Counted from the stretch's first letter, positions 9,795 through 20,720 are shown. The stretch is DNA of 64,000 bases from an uncultured delta proteobacterium (GCA_963715335.1 CAVQRZ010000001.1:160001-224000), one strand, 5' to 3'. The notes: generated from the sequence alone by a model not told the origin. Numbers and translations: made by a program.

Positions 9795-11399
9795 ATGACA
9801 AGCTTATTATCAAATTCCGTTTTCCTGTTGTTTGCAATCATTATCCTTGGTGAAGGTCTCGGGCATCTTCGGGTCAAGTCTTTCTCGTTCGGCTCCGCTG
9901 CGATCATATTTGTGGCAATGGCCTTTGGCCACTTTGGCTTCATGTTGCCGTCCGAATTCCAGACGCTCGGGCTGGTCCTTTTTATCTATTCCGTCGCGGT
10001 GACTGCCGGGCCGGGCTTTTTCACGTCATTCAAAAAACAGGGGATCAATCTCGCCATCGGGGCCTTAATTATCATCGCCGTCGCCGCAGTGATGACCGTG
10101 CTGAGTTGCTGGTTATTCAATTTTGATGTTTCCACCGGAGCGGGCCTGTTCGCCGGAGCCTTGACCAGCTCACCCGGTCTCGCGGTTGCCGTTGAGGCTG
10201 TGGAAGGAAATGCAGCAGCAGCCTATGGCGTCACCTACGCAGGCGGCATCATCTGTGTGATCGTCTTTGTGAACCTCCTTCCCAGGCTCCTCCGCGTCAA
10301 CATAGAGAGTGAAGAGATGAGCATCAATAAGGAGAGGACCGAGAACAATCCCCCCTTCACCTTTCACCATGTAGAAGTGACCAACACAAATTTGTTCGGC
10401 AAAAAAATTATTGACCTAAAGCTCAGAGAAATTGCACCGGTGGTCCTGACACGTCTGCTTCGGAGAGACGCGAAAGAGCCAATCCTGGTAACGGGTGACA
10501 CCATTCTTTGTGAAGGGGATAAGCTCAGAATCGCGGGACGCGAGAATGATCTGGAGCGGATTCAACTTTTTTTGGGGAAACCCATTGATGGCGAGATAGC
10601 CTTCAACAAAGGGTTGACCAAAAAAAGTATTATCGTTTCAAAGCAAAGCGCTGCGGGACATACTTTGGGTTTTCTGAACTTGAGGGATACCTTTGGAGTC
10701 CAGGTGACACGCATAACGAGAAACGATATTGATCTCCCTGCATCGTCAACCCTTAGGCTCCATATTGGTGACGTCATCCATGCCGTCGGTGAAGAAGATG
10801 CCCTGAAAAACGTAAGCCGGATCCTCGGCAACGATGTCAAGCAAACATACAAAGTCAGTCTTCTTCCCATCCTGATAGGTCTGGTCGCCGGGTTTATCCT
10901 CGGGCAGATTCCTTTAACCCTTCCCTTACTCGGTCGTTTCTCCCTGGGCGTGACTGGTGGGGTTTTGGTTTCAGGACTCATCCTCGGTTCTCTATACAAA
11001 ACGGGTCCGTTTATCTGGGAAATGCCAACCACTGCTAACTCCTTTTTGAGGGAACTTGGTCTCATGTTTTTTCTGGCGACGGTCGGCACCAAGACCGGTG
11101 CCACGATCATAGAGACGGTGACATCTCAGGGAGCTGAACTGATTGTAGCTGGACTTCTCGTGACAATAACGCCAATGATTGCCTGCGTTGTGATGTGCAA
11201 ATATGTCCAAAAAATTCCATTTCTGCGCATGCTCGGTGTTTTGACCGGCGGCATGACAAGTACACCGGGACTAGCGGCCATAAGCTCGTACACCAAGTCA
11301 TCATACCCCTCATCAGCTTACGCAACGGTTTATCCCGTTGGGCTGATCGGGATGATTTTGGGCACCAAAGTTCTCGTCTACATTTTGTCGATCATGTAA
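9795..11399 (+). CDS. AspT/YidE/YbjL family antiporter with two TrkA-C domains
   Basis: Duplicated membrane modules 'GLFAGALTSSPGL' and 'GVLTGGMTSTPGL', 'YATVYP', and central soluble TrkA-C repeats. Confidence 0.88.
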   Translation: MTSLLSNSVFLLFAIIILGEGLGHLRVKSFSFGSAAIIFVAMAFGHFGFMLPSEFQTLGLVLFIYSVAVTAGPGFFTSFKKQGINLAIGALIIIAVAAVMTVLSCWLFNFDVSTGAGLFAGALTSSPGLAVAVEAVEGNAAAAYGVTYAGGIICVIVFVNLLPRLLRVNIESEEMSINKERTENNPPFTFHHVEVTNTNLFGKKIIDLKLREIAPVVLTRLLRRDAKEPILVTGDTILCEGDKLRIAGRENDLERIQLFLGKPIDGEIAFNKGLTKKSIIVSKQSAAGHTLGFLNLRDTFGVQVTRITRNDIDLPASSTLRLHIGDVIHAVGEEDALKNVSRILGNDVKQTYKVSLLPILIGLVAGFILGQIPLTLPLLGRFSLGVTGGVLVSGLILGSLYKTGPFIWEMPTTANSFLRELGLMFFLATVGTKTGATIIETVTSQGAELIVAGLLVTITPMIACVVMCKYVQKIPFLRMLGVLTGGMTSTPGLAAISSYTKSSYPSSAYATVYPVGLIGMILGTKVLVYILSIM

Positions 11400-11452
11400 A
11401 CAGCGCCTGCCTGTGAGCCTAGACTCCATTGGCTAGATACGAAGGACACGTT

Positions 11453-11626
11453 TTGAACGAATACAAACTGACATTCACCGTAATGATTAAGGAGTTGGAC
11501 GATCCGGCCGCCAGGAAGCAGGCCAAAGGGATTGCGCAAGCAATCGACCAGGTTGTGCCTGGTGCAGAGATGAAACTCCAACAGGTCCACCAGGATCAAC
11601 CCCCGCGAGGTGTACGAATAGTCTAA
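11453..11626 (+). CDS. Small hypothetical protein (~57 aa, probable TTG start)
   Basis: GAAGGA precedes TTG 11453. The product reads MNEYKLTFTVMIKELDDPAARKQAK... and ends just before the att-like repeat. Confidence 0.5.
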   Translation: MNEYKLTFTVMIKELDDPAARKQAKGIAQAIDQVVPGAEMKLQQVHQDQPPRGVRIV

Positions 11627-11643
11627 GGCGTACTGCGTGCTGC

Positions 11644-11684
11644 TAATCCGCTTGTCGTTGGTTCGAGTCCGACCCGGGGAGCCA
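11644..11684 (+). repeat. att-like duplicate of the tRNA-Asn 3' half
   Basis: TAATCCGCTTGTCGTTGGTTCGAGTCCGACCCGGGGAGCCA compared with tRNA 9677-9717. Confidence 0.88.
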
Positions 11685-11686
11685 TA

Positions 11687-11722
11687 AAATAAAAAGGCCT
11701 GTTTTTTACAGGCCTTTTTATT
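11687..11722. terminator. Intrinsic terminator after the tRNA fragment
   Basis: AATAAAAAGGCCTGT-tttt-TACAGGCCTTTTTATT. Confidence 0.75.
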
Positions 11723-11887
11723 CTGTGTGTCCCGTCCTGAAATAAGTTTACACCTGGGAGACTTATTTATGGACAAGGTAGACAGCAAGCGGAAGAGACA
11801 GAGGTCAAATGATGCTGCATATCCGTAAGTCTGAATGAAAGTTTCTTCCCAGTGCCCGCTATCGTCCGGCTCAAAGAGCCATAAAGA

Positions 11888-11920
11888 CAAAGGCGCAATC
11901 CATATTGGATTGCGCCTTTT
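11888..11920. terminator. Intrinsic terminator of the cation:proton antiporter gene
   Basis: AAAGGCGCAATCCA-tat-TGGATTGCGCCTTTTT. Confidence 0.7.
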
Positions 11921-11951
11921 TGTTTCCGGACGGCTCACGAAATGCTCCGCG

Positions 11952-13193
11952 CTATGTCCCTGCCTCATTTTCAGCATCAGCCTTCGCTGATCTCTGCACC
12001 AGGGCAAAGCCGACAGTAAACAGCAGGATCGAGAAAACGATACCAGCGAAAACTCCCGAGACCAGGTTTTCCGTATAAGGGACGCCACGTTGAAAAGGGA
12101 CCATCGACAGGACTCCGGCAGCCATGCCTCGCGGGATCGCCACAACCGCAAGGGATTGCTGTGAACGTGACATACCAGATCCCCACAAGGAAAGCTTGAC
12201 CGCCGGCCAGCGGAAAAGCAGCAGCATGACCGCAAAGGCCGCCCCGAGCAGGATCAGGCGCAACTCGGTTGGGAACATCAACCCTATCATGAAGAAGAAG
12301 AATGACTTGATAAAGAAGCTGATGTGCTCATGAACGATCAGGTCAGAGGGGCGATATTCGTAGGAACGCCGCTTGAACCTTCTGATGTGCAAAATTTTTA
12401 GAATCTCAGTCGAGTTGCCGATCAACAGGGCGCTGATCAACACCCCGAGGGCACCATTGCCTCCAGCCAGGTTGACACAGCCGTAAATGATCAGGAAACC
12501 CGCTATAAACACGGTATAGGCATGATCGCTGCCTCGCAATATCGCAAGCAGCGGCGCCAGGGATATGGCACCAATCACACCGAAAACCAAGGCGACCAAA
12601 ACCGCCTGCCCAATGGTGTACAGTGGTGCATCGAGGCGGAAGGTCCCCATGACGATCAGGTCCACGACGCTCAGGGCCATAACCATACAGACCGCGTCGG
12701 TAACACAGGACTCCAGTTCCAGCAAGCGGGCAATCCGGGGGTCGACAGAGCGGTTACTCATGGCCGGGATCACCACCAGGGAGCTGGTCCCACCCATAAT
12801 TGCCCCGACCATGATCCAGTTCATGACATCCGTCGACCGGGTCAGCCCCATCTTTAGGGTTACCAGAAAGAACAGGCAGGACCCGAGAATCACGAACAGA
12901 AACCCGACCAGACCGAGAGTGATGGCGCGGGGAGCCGCTTCGGTGACTTCCGAGATGCGCAGCTTCAGGCCGCCTCCGGCGAGGATTACGACCAGGGCGA
13001 TGGCGCCGAAAAACGGCATGGCCGGCACCAGCATGTCTTTGGATATGACACCCAAAACCGGGCCGGCAATGATCCCGGCAAATACCAGCCAGACCATATC
13101 GGGGATGCCGGAACGGGTAAAGATGTATTCACCCATTGCGCCGAGGATAATGATCAGCGCAATCAGAAAAACCATTTGCATGACGGGATCCAT
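11952..13193 (-). CDS. Cation:proton antiporter (CPA1/NhaP2-like)
   Basis: Many hydrophobic segments, 'GIPDMVWL', 'LELESCVTDA' (ES..D motif) and 'PRGMAAGVL'. Start set to MDPVMQ after AAGGAAGG. Confidence 0.85.
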   Translation of the reverse strand: MDPVMQMVFLIALIIILGAMGEYIFTRSGIPDMVWLVFAGIIAGPVLGVISKDMLVPAMPFFGAIALVVILAGGGLKLRISEVTEAAPRAITLGLVGFLFVILGSCLFFLVTLKMGLTRSTDVMNWIMVGAIMGGTSSLVVIPAMSNRSVDPRIARLLELESCVTDAVCMVMALSVVDLIVMGTFRLDAPLYTIGQAVLVALVFGVIGAISLAPLLAILRGSDHAYTVFIAGFLIIYGCVNLAGGNGALGVLISALLIGNSTEILKILHIRRFKRRSYEYRPSDLIVHEHISFFIKSFFFFMIGLMFPTELRLILLGAAFAVMLLLFRWPAVKLSLWGSGMSRSQQSLAVVAIPRGMAAGVLSMVPFQRGVPYTENLVSGVFAGIVFSILLFTVGFALVQRSAKADAENEAGT

Positions 13194-13676
13194 AGACGAA
13201 CCTTCCTTGCCTTTGCAGGTACGCACATAGAGAATCAGAGAAATTGCACGGCGGATACTAACAATCTTTGCATGGAAAAGATATCGCAATTTTTAGGTCA
13301 ATCCATGGGCTTTTTTTGACTCAAATCCCGTTTAGAGCGCATTCTGATGCGGGGTCGAATTCTCAATGGCTCTTCCCCTTGCCCACCACTGCCCGGTTCG
13401 GGGAGCCATAAACGCCAGAGGGTTAGCCGTAAAGCTTCCTCTCTATTTCTTTTGCCTTGACGTAAAAAATGATGTAACCGGCGACACTCTAAATATTCAT
13501 AACCTCTATATGCCCATGAAATATTGACTTCAATAATCACGAGACGGAATCATTAGATATAATGTCCATTCGGGAACGATTTTTGTTGCCTTAGCTCATG
13601 CGTTTTCTCCATGGCTGAAGCGTTGCCAGGCCCAACATTACAGCGGGTAGCTGATACTGAGAAAGGTTTTACGTAT

Positions 13677-14498
13677 ATGTGTCGATGGATGGCTTATTCC
13701 GGTCAACCCGTACTCCTTGAAGACCTGTTGTTCAAGGCAAAACACAACCTGATCGACCAGAGCATGTGCTCCAAATCGGCTGAGACCCCCACTAACGGCG
13801 ATGGCTTTGGAGTAGGCTGGTATACCGAGTCGCCAGATCCGGGGATCTTCCGTAGCATTCGCCCGGCATGGAACGACTTCAACCTGCGCGACCTGTCAGC
13901 GCATATCCGTTCGCCCCTTTTTCTCGCCCACGTCCGGGCAACCTCGCAGGCCACCGTGCAGGAGACCAACTGCCACCCGTTTCGCTACAGGAACTGGCTG
14001 TTCGTGCACAATGGTGAAATCTTCGAGGTCGAGAAAGTGCGCCGCGACCTGCTGATGGCGGTCGATCCGGACCTGTTTCCGAAGATCCTCGGCACAACCG
14101 ATTCCGAGGTCATGTTCTTTCTCGCTTTGACTTTCGGGCTCGAGCAGAACCCGCTGCAGGGGCTGGCCAGGATGGCCGGGTTCGTCGAGGAGACTGCCCG
14201 CAAGCGTGGGCTCGGTGAGTCCCTCTGGATGACTGTCGGCGTCACCGACGGCAAAAACCTTTATGCCGTGCGTTACGCCAGCGACGGAGACGCACCGACC
14301 CTTTACCATAACAGGGACATTGAAGCAGTCTGCCATCTCAACCCGGACCTGCGTGAACATTTTGGCGTAAAGGCTCGTGCCATCGTTTCGGAACCTATCG
14401 GCCTGTTCCCTGAAATCTGGCAGGCAGTGCCGCAGAACTCGTCGGTGCATGTCAAAGAGGCCTGTGTTGAGACGCGTCCGTTTGTGCCGTTGGCTTGA
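13677..14498 (+). CDS. Class II glutamine amidotransferase / Ntn hydrolase (EgtC/YafJ/DUG3-like)
   Basis: N-terminal nucleophile 'MCRW', 'NGDGFGVGWY', 'PAWND', 'LAHVRA', 'NCHPF', 'HNG' and 'GTTDSE'. Confidence 0.88.
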   Translation: MCRWMAYSGQPVLLEDLLFKAKHNLIDQSMCSKSAETPTNGDGFGVGWYTESPDPGIFRSIRPAWNDFNLRDLSAHIRSPLFLAHVRATSQATVQETNCHPFRYRNWLFVHNGEIFEVEKVRRDLLMAVDPDLFPKILGTTDSEVMFFLALTFGLEQNPLQGLARMAGFVEETARKRGLGESLWMTVGVTDGKNLYAVRYASDGDAPTLYHNRDIEAVCHLNPDLREHFGVKARAIVSEPIGLFPEIWQAVPQNSSVHVKEACVETRPFVPLA

Positions 14499-14559
14499 GC
14501 CGTTCGGCAGCCAGAAACGCTGCCCGGGTTGTTTGCCGGCCCGGGCCGAAGGGCAAAAG

Positions 14560-14751
14560 CTTCCGCTTGACGCGAACATTCAATACGGCAAGATGGCCAA
14601 AACGATCCGGGACAGGACCGAGGCGCCGGTTGCCGATCTTATTGTGCTCGTAACCCATGGCAAAGCCGGAACCCCGGCCTTCTGGGCAAACAGCATTGCG
14701 GCACAGGTGCGGGAACAGACGAATCGACCGTTGCTGCTGGTGCCGGTCTGA
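14560..14751 (+). pseudogene. C-terminal remnant of a universal stress protein
   Basis: 'ADLIVLVTHGKAG...WANSIAAQV...RPLLLVPV' is the USP C-terminal motif. No intact N-terminus is present. Confidence 0.6.
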
Positions 14752-14881
14752 GGGTTTGTATGGAAAGGCTTGACCAAGATCGTGACGGACCGATCGACCG
14801 GCGGGGAGAGTTTTCCTCCCAGCCGTTAACGATCCTGAGATATAACGTGGTAGGCGAGTTTCACAAATTCATGAGGTGCGG

Positions 14882-16012
14882 ATGAAGAAAACAATTTTTA
14901 TCGTGGCTGTAGGCCTGGTGGTCGTTGTCGGAGTGCTGGCCGGAAGCAAGTATCTCCAGATCCGGGCGATGGTCGAGCAGGGGAAGCTGTTTACGCCGCC
15001 ACCTGAGGTCGTGACATCGGCAACGGTTATGGCCGAAACCTGGGAGTCTTACTTGACTGCGGTTGGTTCGGTTGATGCGGTACAAGGGGTGACCGTGACC
15101 GCAGAAATGACCGGCAAGGTTGTGCGAATTGCCTTTGAATCCGGCAACCTGGTGTCTGCCGGCGACCTGCTCGTACAGCAGGACATTTCCGCCGAAACCG
15201 CCCAACTGCGAGCGGCAGAGGCGGTATCGGAACTGGCCCGGCTCAACTTCGAGCGCGCCAAGACGATGTTGCCCAACGAAGCTATCTCTCTGTCCGACTA
15301 TGATGGCCTCCAGGCCCAGCTCACCGAAGCCCGTGCCGAGGTGGACAGCCTTCGAGCGATGATCGATAAAAAGACCATTCGGGTCCCCTTCTCAGGTCGT
15401 CTCGGCATTCGCCAGATCAACCTGGGCCAGGTTATCAACGACGGCCAGGCCATTGTCACCTTGCAGTCCCTGGGCCCTGTTTTCGTCAACTTCTTCCTCC
15501 CCCAGCAACAGCTGGCCAAAATCCGCACCGGGCTGCCGGTGCGCCTGAGTTCCGATGCCCTGCCCGGGCAGGACATCAGTGGTGAAATCACGGCTATCGA
15601 GTCGGAGGTAGATACTGCCACCCGCAATATCCGTGTGCAGGCGTTGCTGGCCAACCCTGGCGACCAACTGCGTGCCGGCATGTTTGCCAGTGTATCGGTG
15701 GTGTTGCCGAAGACGGAGGCGGTACTGACCATTCCAGCCACCGCCGTCCTCTATGCGCCATACAGCGACTCGGTCTTCGTCATTGAGGAGAAAAAGGCTG
15801 AGCCGGGTGTGACGGCCGGCAAAGTTGTGCGGCAGCAGTTCGTCAGTCTGGGAGAAAAGCGCGGTGACTTCATCGTAGTGGCAGCCGGGCTGAAGGCCGG
15901 TGATACAATCGTCAGCACCGGCGCATTCAAGCTGCGCAACGGCCAGAGCGTGGTGGTCGATAACAAACTGGCGCCCGACTTCAAACTGGCCCCTCGGCCA
16001 AACGAGGGGTAA
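14882..16012 (+). CDS. RND efflux periplasmic adaptor (MFP)
   Basis: N-terminal anchor, lipoyl-like 'GKVVRIAFESGNLVSAGDLL', 'IRVPFSGRLG' and 'LRAGMFASV'. Confidence 0.92.
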   Translation: MKKTIFIVAVGLVVVVGVLAGSKYLQIRAMVEQGKLFTPPPEVVTSATVMAETWESYLTAVGSVDAVQGVTVTAEMTGKVVRIAFESGNLVSAGDLLVQQDISAETAQLRAAEAVSELARLNFERAKTMLPNEAISLSDYDGLQAQLTEARAEVDSLRAMIDKKTIRVPFSGRLGIRQINLGQVINDGQAIVTLQSLGPVFVNFFLPQQQLAKIRTGLPVRLSSDALPGQDISGEITAIESEVDTATRNIRVQALLANPGDQLRAGMFASVSVVLPKTEAVLTIPATAVLYAPYSDSVFVIEEKKAEPGVTAGKVVRQQFVSLGEKRGDFIVVAAGLKAGDTIVSTGAFKLRNGQSVVVDNKLAPDFKLAPRPNEG

Positions 16013-16015
16013 CCG

Positions 16016-19000
16016 ATGAAGTTCACCGATCTTTTTATCCGTCGGCCGGTACTCGCGCTGGTGATCAGCCTGCTGATCATCATCTCCGGCCTGCAGGCCA
16101 TCCGCTCCCTGAATGTCCGCCAGTACCCACGCAGTGACAATGCCGTGGTTACAATCACCACGGTCTATGTCGGCGCGAACGCCGAACTGGTGCGCGGGTT
16201 CATCACCACACCACTGGAACGGGCCGTCGCCGCAGCCGACGGCATCGACTACATCGAGTCGCAAAGCGCCCAGGGATTGTCCACCATCAGCGCCCGGCTT
16301 AAACTCAACTACGACCCGATCAAGGCCCTCTCCGAAATCAGCTCAAAAGTTGATCAGGTGCGCGGCGACCTGCCACCGGAAGCCGAAGTCCCGGTCATCA
16401 ACGTCGAGTCAGCCGACAGCCAGTTTGCCTCCGCCTATCTGAGTTTTACCTCGGATACGCTCAAGCAGAACCAGATTACCGATTACCTGGTGCGCGTCGT
16501 CCAGCCCCGGCTGTCAGCCCTGGAGGGCGTCCAGCGTGCCGACATCCTCGGCGCCCGCACCTTCGCCATGCGCATCTGGCTCAAGCCCGACCGCATGGCG
16601 GCCTTCAATGTCAGCCCGGCACAGGTGGCCCAGGCGCTGACGGCGAATAATTTCCTGGCAGCCGTCGGCAGCACCAAGGGCTCTATGATTCAGGTCAATC
16701 TGACCGCCGACACCAATCTGCAGTCGGTGGAGGAGTTCAAACGCCTGGTGGTGCGTGCCGGAGATGGCGGCATCGTGCGCCTGGAGGATATTGGTGACGT
16801 CGTGCTGGGTGCCGAAAATTATGACACAGAAGTGCGCTTTTCCGGACAGACTGCTGTCTTCATGGGGATCTGGCCATTACCCAACGCCAACTCCCTGGAT
16901 GTGATCAAACGCGCCCGGGTGGAAATGGAAGGGATCGCCGCTCAGCTACCCCAGCGGGCTCGAGGGACGCATAGCCTACGACGGTACCGCCTATATCGAC
17001 AACGCCATTCAAGAGGTCATCAAGACCCTGAGCGAAACCCTGCTGATCGTGGTCGTGATCATCTTCCTGTTTCTGGGGTCGCTGCGCTCGGCCATCATTC
17101 CCGTGGTGGCGATTCCACTGTCGCTGATCGGTGCTGTCTTTCTCATGCAGGTCTTCGGCTTCACAGTCAACCTGTTGACCCTGTTGGCCATCGTGCTCTC
17201 TGTCGGACTGGTGGTGGATGATGCCATCGTGGTGGTGGAAAACGTCGAACGCCACATGAGCAACGGAGAATCCCCCATGCAAGCGGCTATCCTGGGGGCG
17301 CGCGAGCTGGTGAGTCCACTGATCTCCATGACGATCACCCTGGCTGCGGTCTACGCACCGATCGGCTTGCAGGGAGGACTGACTGGCGCATTGTTTCGCG
17401 AATTTGCCTTTACCCTGGCCGGTGCCGTGACCATTTCCGGCATCGTCGCTGTGACCCTGTCGCCGATGATGTCTTCGCAATTGCTCAAGGCCGGCATGAA
17501 CGAACGCGGCTTCGCCGGGAAAGTCGGACGTGATTTCAACCGGCTGCGCAATTTCTATGGCAGGTTGCTGAACAGCAGCCTGAATGCCAGGCCGGCCGTC
17601 TACCTGGCATGGCTGGTGGTCAGCCTGCTGACTATCCCCATGTTCAGCATGTCAGCCAAGGAGTTGGCGCCTGTCGAGGATCAGGGTGTCATCTTCGGCA
17701 TCCTGGACGCGGCCGCCAACTCCACCATCGACCAGACCAGTCACTATGCGGCAGCGGTCAACGAAGCGTTTTTAAGCGTCCCGGAGACCCAGTTTGTCTT
17801 CCAGATCAGTACGCCCTCTTCCGGGTTTGGCGGGATGGTGGTCAAACCCTGGCAGGAGCGTGAACGCAACATTTTCCAGATTATGCCCGAAGTCAGTCAG
17901 AAGTTGCACAATATCCCCGGCATCAGGATGTTCCCGGTCACACCGCCGGCGCTGCCAGGTGGCGGCCAGTTCCCCGTTGAATTCATCCTCGCCTCCACCG
18001 CCGAACCGGAACAGATTCTGGATTTTGCCAGCAAAATCCAGTTCGCCGCCATGAAGAGCGGCATGTTTGCCTTTCCTCCCTATCATCGACGTAAAGATCG
18101 ATCAGCCCCAGTCCGAGCTGATCATCGATCGGGACAAGGTGGCGGACCTGGGCCTAAACCTCAAGCAGGTGGGGGCCGACATGGCGACGATGATCGGCGG
18201 CAACTTTGTCAACCGCTTCAACATCGCTGGCCGCAGCTACAAGGTGATCCCCCAGGTTCAACGCAGCGACCGGCTGAACCCGGAGCAGCTGCGCAACATC
18301 TACGTCACCGGACCCAAGGGTAAGCTGATCCCGCTGAGCACCATCGCCACCATCAGGGACAGCACCGTACCACGCTCGCTAAACCGTTTTCAGCAACTCA
18401 ACGCGGTCAAGATCAGCGGTGTGGCGGTACGCCCACTGGACGAGGCGCTGCGTTTTCTGGAAGGGGAAGCCGCCAAGGTCCTGCCACAGGGGTACGTGCT
18501 CGACTACACCGGTGAGTCCCGCCAGCTGCGTAGCGAAGGCAACAAGTTTATTCAGGCGTTCGCCCTGGCCGTCATCCTGATTTTCCTGGTGCTGGCGGCC
18601 CAATTCAACAGCTTCCGCGATCCCTTCGTCATCCTGGCCGGTTCGGTCCCCCTGGCCATGTTCGGAGCGATGATTTTCACCTTCCTCAAAATGCCCGACC
18701 CCAGCGTCCCCTTCTGGACCCACGGCTGGACCACCACCATGAACATCTACTCCCAGGTGGGGCTCGTCACCCTCGTCGGACTGGTTTCGAAAAACGGGAT
18801 TCTAATTGTCGAATTCGCCAACAAGCTGCAGGAGAAGGGCCGCAGCAAGCGAGAAGCCGTGTATGAAGCGGCGCTGACCCGCTTGCGCCCCATCCTGATG
18901 ACCACCGGGGCCACCATTGCCGGCCACTTCCCGCTGATCCTGGTCACCGGGGCCGGAGCAGCGGCCCGGAATTCGATCGGCCTGGTGCTGGTTGGCGGCA

Positions 19001-19122
19001 TGGCGGTCGGGACGTTGTTTACTCTGTTCATTATTCCGTCTATCTACATGCTGGTGGCCAAGGATCACAGCAAGGACCAGATACAGGCGGACGAGGAGAC
19101 CAAAGCTCTGATCGGGCTGTGA
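16016..19122 (+). pseudogene. RND permease (MexW/MexI-like) split by two +1 frameshifts (pseudogene or sequencing error)
   Basis: 'MKFTDLFIRRPVLA', 'VGLVVDDAIVVVENV', 'KNGILIVEFA' and 'TRLRPILMT' are spread over three frames. Extra bases lie near 16955 and 18081. Confidence 0.85.
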
Positions 19123-19235
19123 TTTAGGGCAACCGCAACACCCGGTGCTGGAGTTTGCCGCGGCAGCCTGCCGGCCAACGTGGCTGGCCAAACAACCCGG
19201 TCGATCGATGGAACAGAACGAGAAATGGAGGATGA

Positions 19236-20666
19236 GTGAAAGCGACAGACTTGATGATGTTGATCATCTTGATACTTTGCCCCATGCTGTTGACTGCCTG
19301 CACGATCGGGCCGGATTATGTCAGGCCGACTCCGGTGGAGACCATGCCGACCGCCTACAAGCAGCTGGAAGGCTGGAAGCTGGCGCAGCCCCAGGACGAC
19401 CAACTGACCGAGCGCTGGTGGGAAATCTACCAGGACCCGGTGCTAAACTCTCTGCTGGAGCAGGTCGCCGTATCGAACTTCAATGTCGCTGCTGCCGCAG
19501 CCCGGTTCCGCCAGGCACGCGCCCAGGTACAGGCTGCCAGGGCCGGCTACTTTCCCACGGTTTCGATCGGGGCTGCGGCCAGCCGGTCGCAGCAATCCGG
19601 GAGCATCGGGGCCAGAACCAGTGAGACCTCGCCAACCTCGAATTTTCTTCTGCCACTTGATTTAAGCTGGGAGCTGGACCTCTGGGGCAGGGTCAAGCGC
19701 GAGGTCGAATCGAGTCAAGCCTCCTTTCAGGCCAGCGCCGCGGACCTGGCGGCCGTGACCTTGAGCATTCAAGCGGAACTTGCGAGCAACTATTTTCAGC
19801 TGTGCGTGCTGGATGCACAACTGCAGCTTCTCGAAGCCACGACAGAGGTTTACAAAAAATCGCTGGAGTTGACAAATCATCGTCATGCAGCTGGCTTTGC
19901 CCTCAAAACAGATACCCTGCAGGCCGAGACGCAGCTCAAAGGCGCCGAAGCACAGGTTTTCGATATCCGTTTGCAGCGCATCCAGCTGGAACATGCCATC
20001 GCCCTGCTGATCGGCAAGCCCCCCGAAGCCTTTTCCCTGCCATCCACGGCACTGACCACTGCGATTCCCGCCATTCCAACCGGGCTGCCCTCCGAGCTTC
20101 TCGAACGTCGTCCCGATATCGCCTCGGCGGAGCGCCGGGTCGCTGTGGCCAACGCACAGATAGGCCTGGCCAAGGCCGCCTATTATCCCACCGTCCGACT
20201 CTCCGCGACAGCGGGCTATGAGGCCTCGCAACTTTCCAACTTGCTGAACTGGCCAAGCCGCTTCTGGGCGATCGGCCCCGCGCTTTCGGAAACCCTGGTC
20301 GACGGTGGCTTGCGCAGCGCCCTGTCCGAACAAGCCCTGGCCGCCTATGACGAGACCGTGGCCAACTACCGGGAGGCTGTACTGACCGGCTTCCGCGAGG
20401 TGGAAGATAACCTGGCGGCACTCAGTATCCTGGAGCAACAAGCTCAGGTTCGCAACCAGGCGCTCAAGGCTGCGCGACAGGTCGTCACCATCACCACGAG
20501 CCAGTACAAAGCCGGAACCGTAACTTATCTCAACGTACTGGTCGTTCAGGCCATTGCGCTTGCCAATGAACGAATCGCCCTGGACCTTATTGGTCGGCAA
20601 CTGACTGCCAGCGTCTTGTTGGTTAAGGCACTAGGCGGCGGATGGCAGCCAAAGGAATCGTCTTGA
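19236..20666 (+). CDS. RND outer-membrane factor lipoprotein (NodT/OprM family)
   Basis: Lipobox 'LLTAC', 'GPDYVRP', 'WELDLWG', 'LPSELLERRPDI' and 'LVKALGGGW'. Confidence 0.92.
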   Translation: MKATDLMMLIILILCPMLLTACTIGPDYVRPTPVETMPTAYKQLEGWKLAQPQDDQLTERWWEIYQDPVLNSLLEQVAVSNFNVAAAAARFRQARAQVQAARAGYFPTVSIGAAASRSQQSGSIGARTSETSPTSNFLLPLDLSWELDLWGRVKREVESSQASFQASAADLAAVTLSIQAELASNYFQLCVLDAQLQLLEATTEVYKKSLELTNHRHAAGFALKTDTLQAETQLKGAEAQVFDIRLQRIQLEHAIALLIGKPPEAFSLPSTALTTAIPAIPTGLPSELLERRPDIASAERRVAVANAQIGLAKAAYYPTVRLSATAGYEASQLSNLLNWPSRFWAIGPALSETLVDGGLRSALSEQALAAYDETVANYREAVLTGFREVEDNLAALSILEQQAQVRNQALKAARQVVTITTSQYKAGTVTYLNVLVVQAIALANERIALDLIGRQLTASVLLVKALGGGWQPKESS

Positions 20667-20720
20667 GCATAGTTTTTACTGTCAGAAAAGGATGCCAATA
20701 ACATTGTGTTGGAGGCCCAG

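Larger units (their letters stand above)
9718..11684. mobile_element. Small genomic islet integrated at tRNA-Asn, with no integrase visible
   Basis: 41-bp direct repeat of the tRNA 3' half at 9677-9717 and 11644-11684 (2 mismatches). The cargo looks more AT-rich than the flanking core genes. Confidence 0.7.

Noticed and set aside
11378..12235. 285-aa minus-strand ORF
   Set aside because: It crosses the tRNA-derived repeat, two terminators and two other genes, and has an implausible composition.
13394..13411. Third att site for tRNA-Asn
   Set aside because: Only ~12 nt match the tRNA end and flank, too short to call on its own. It is mentioned only as a hint.
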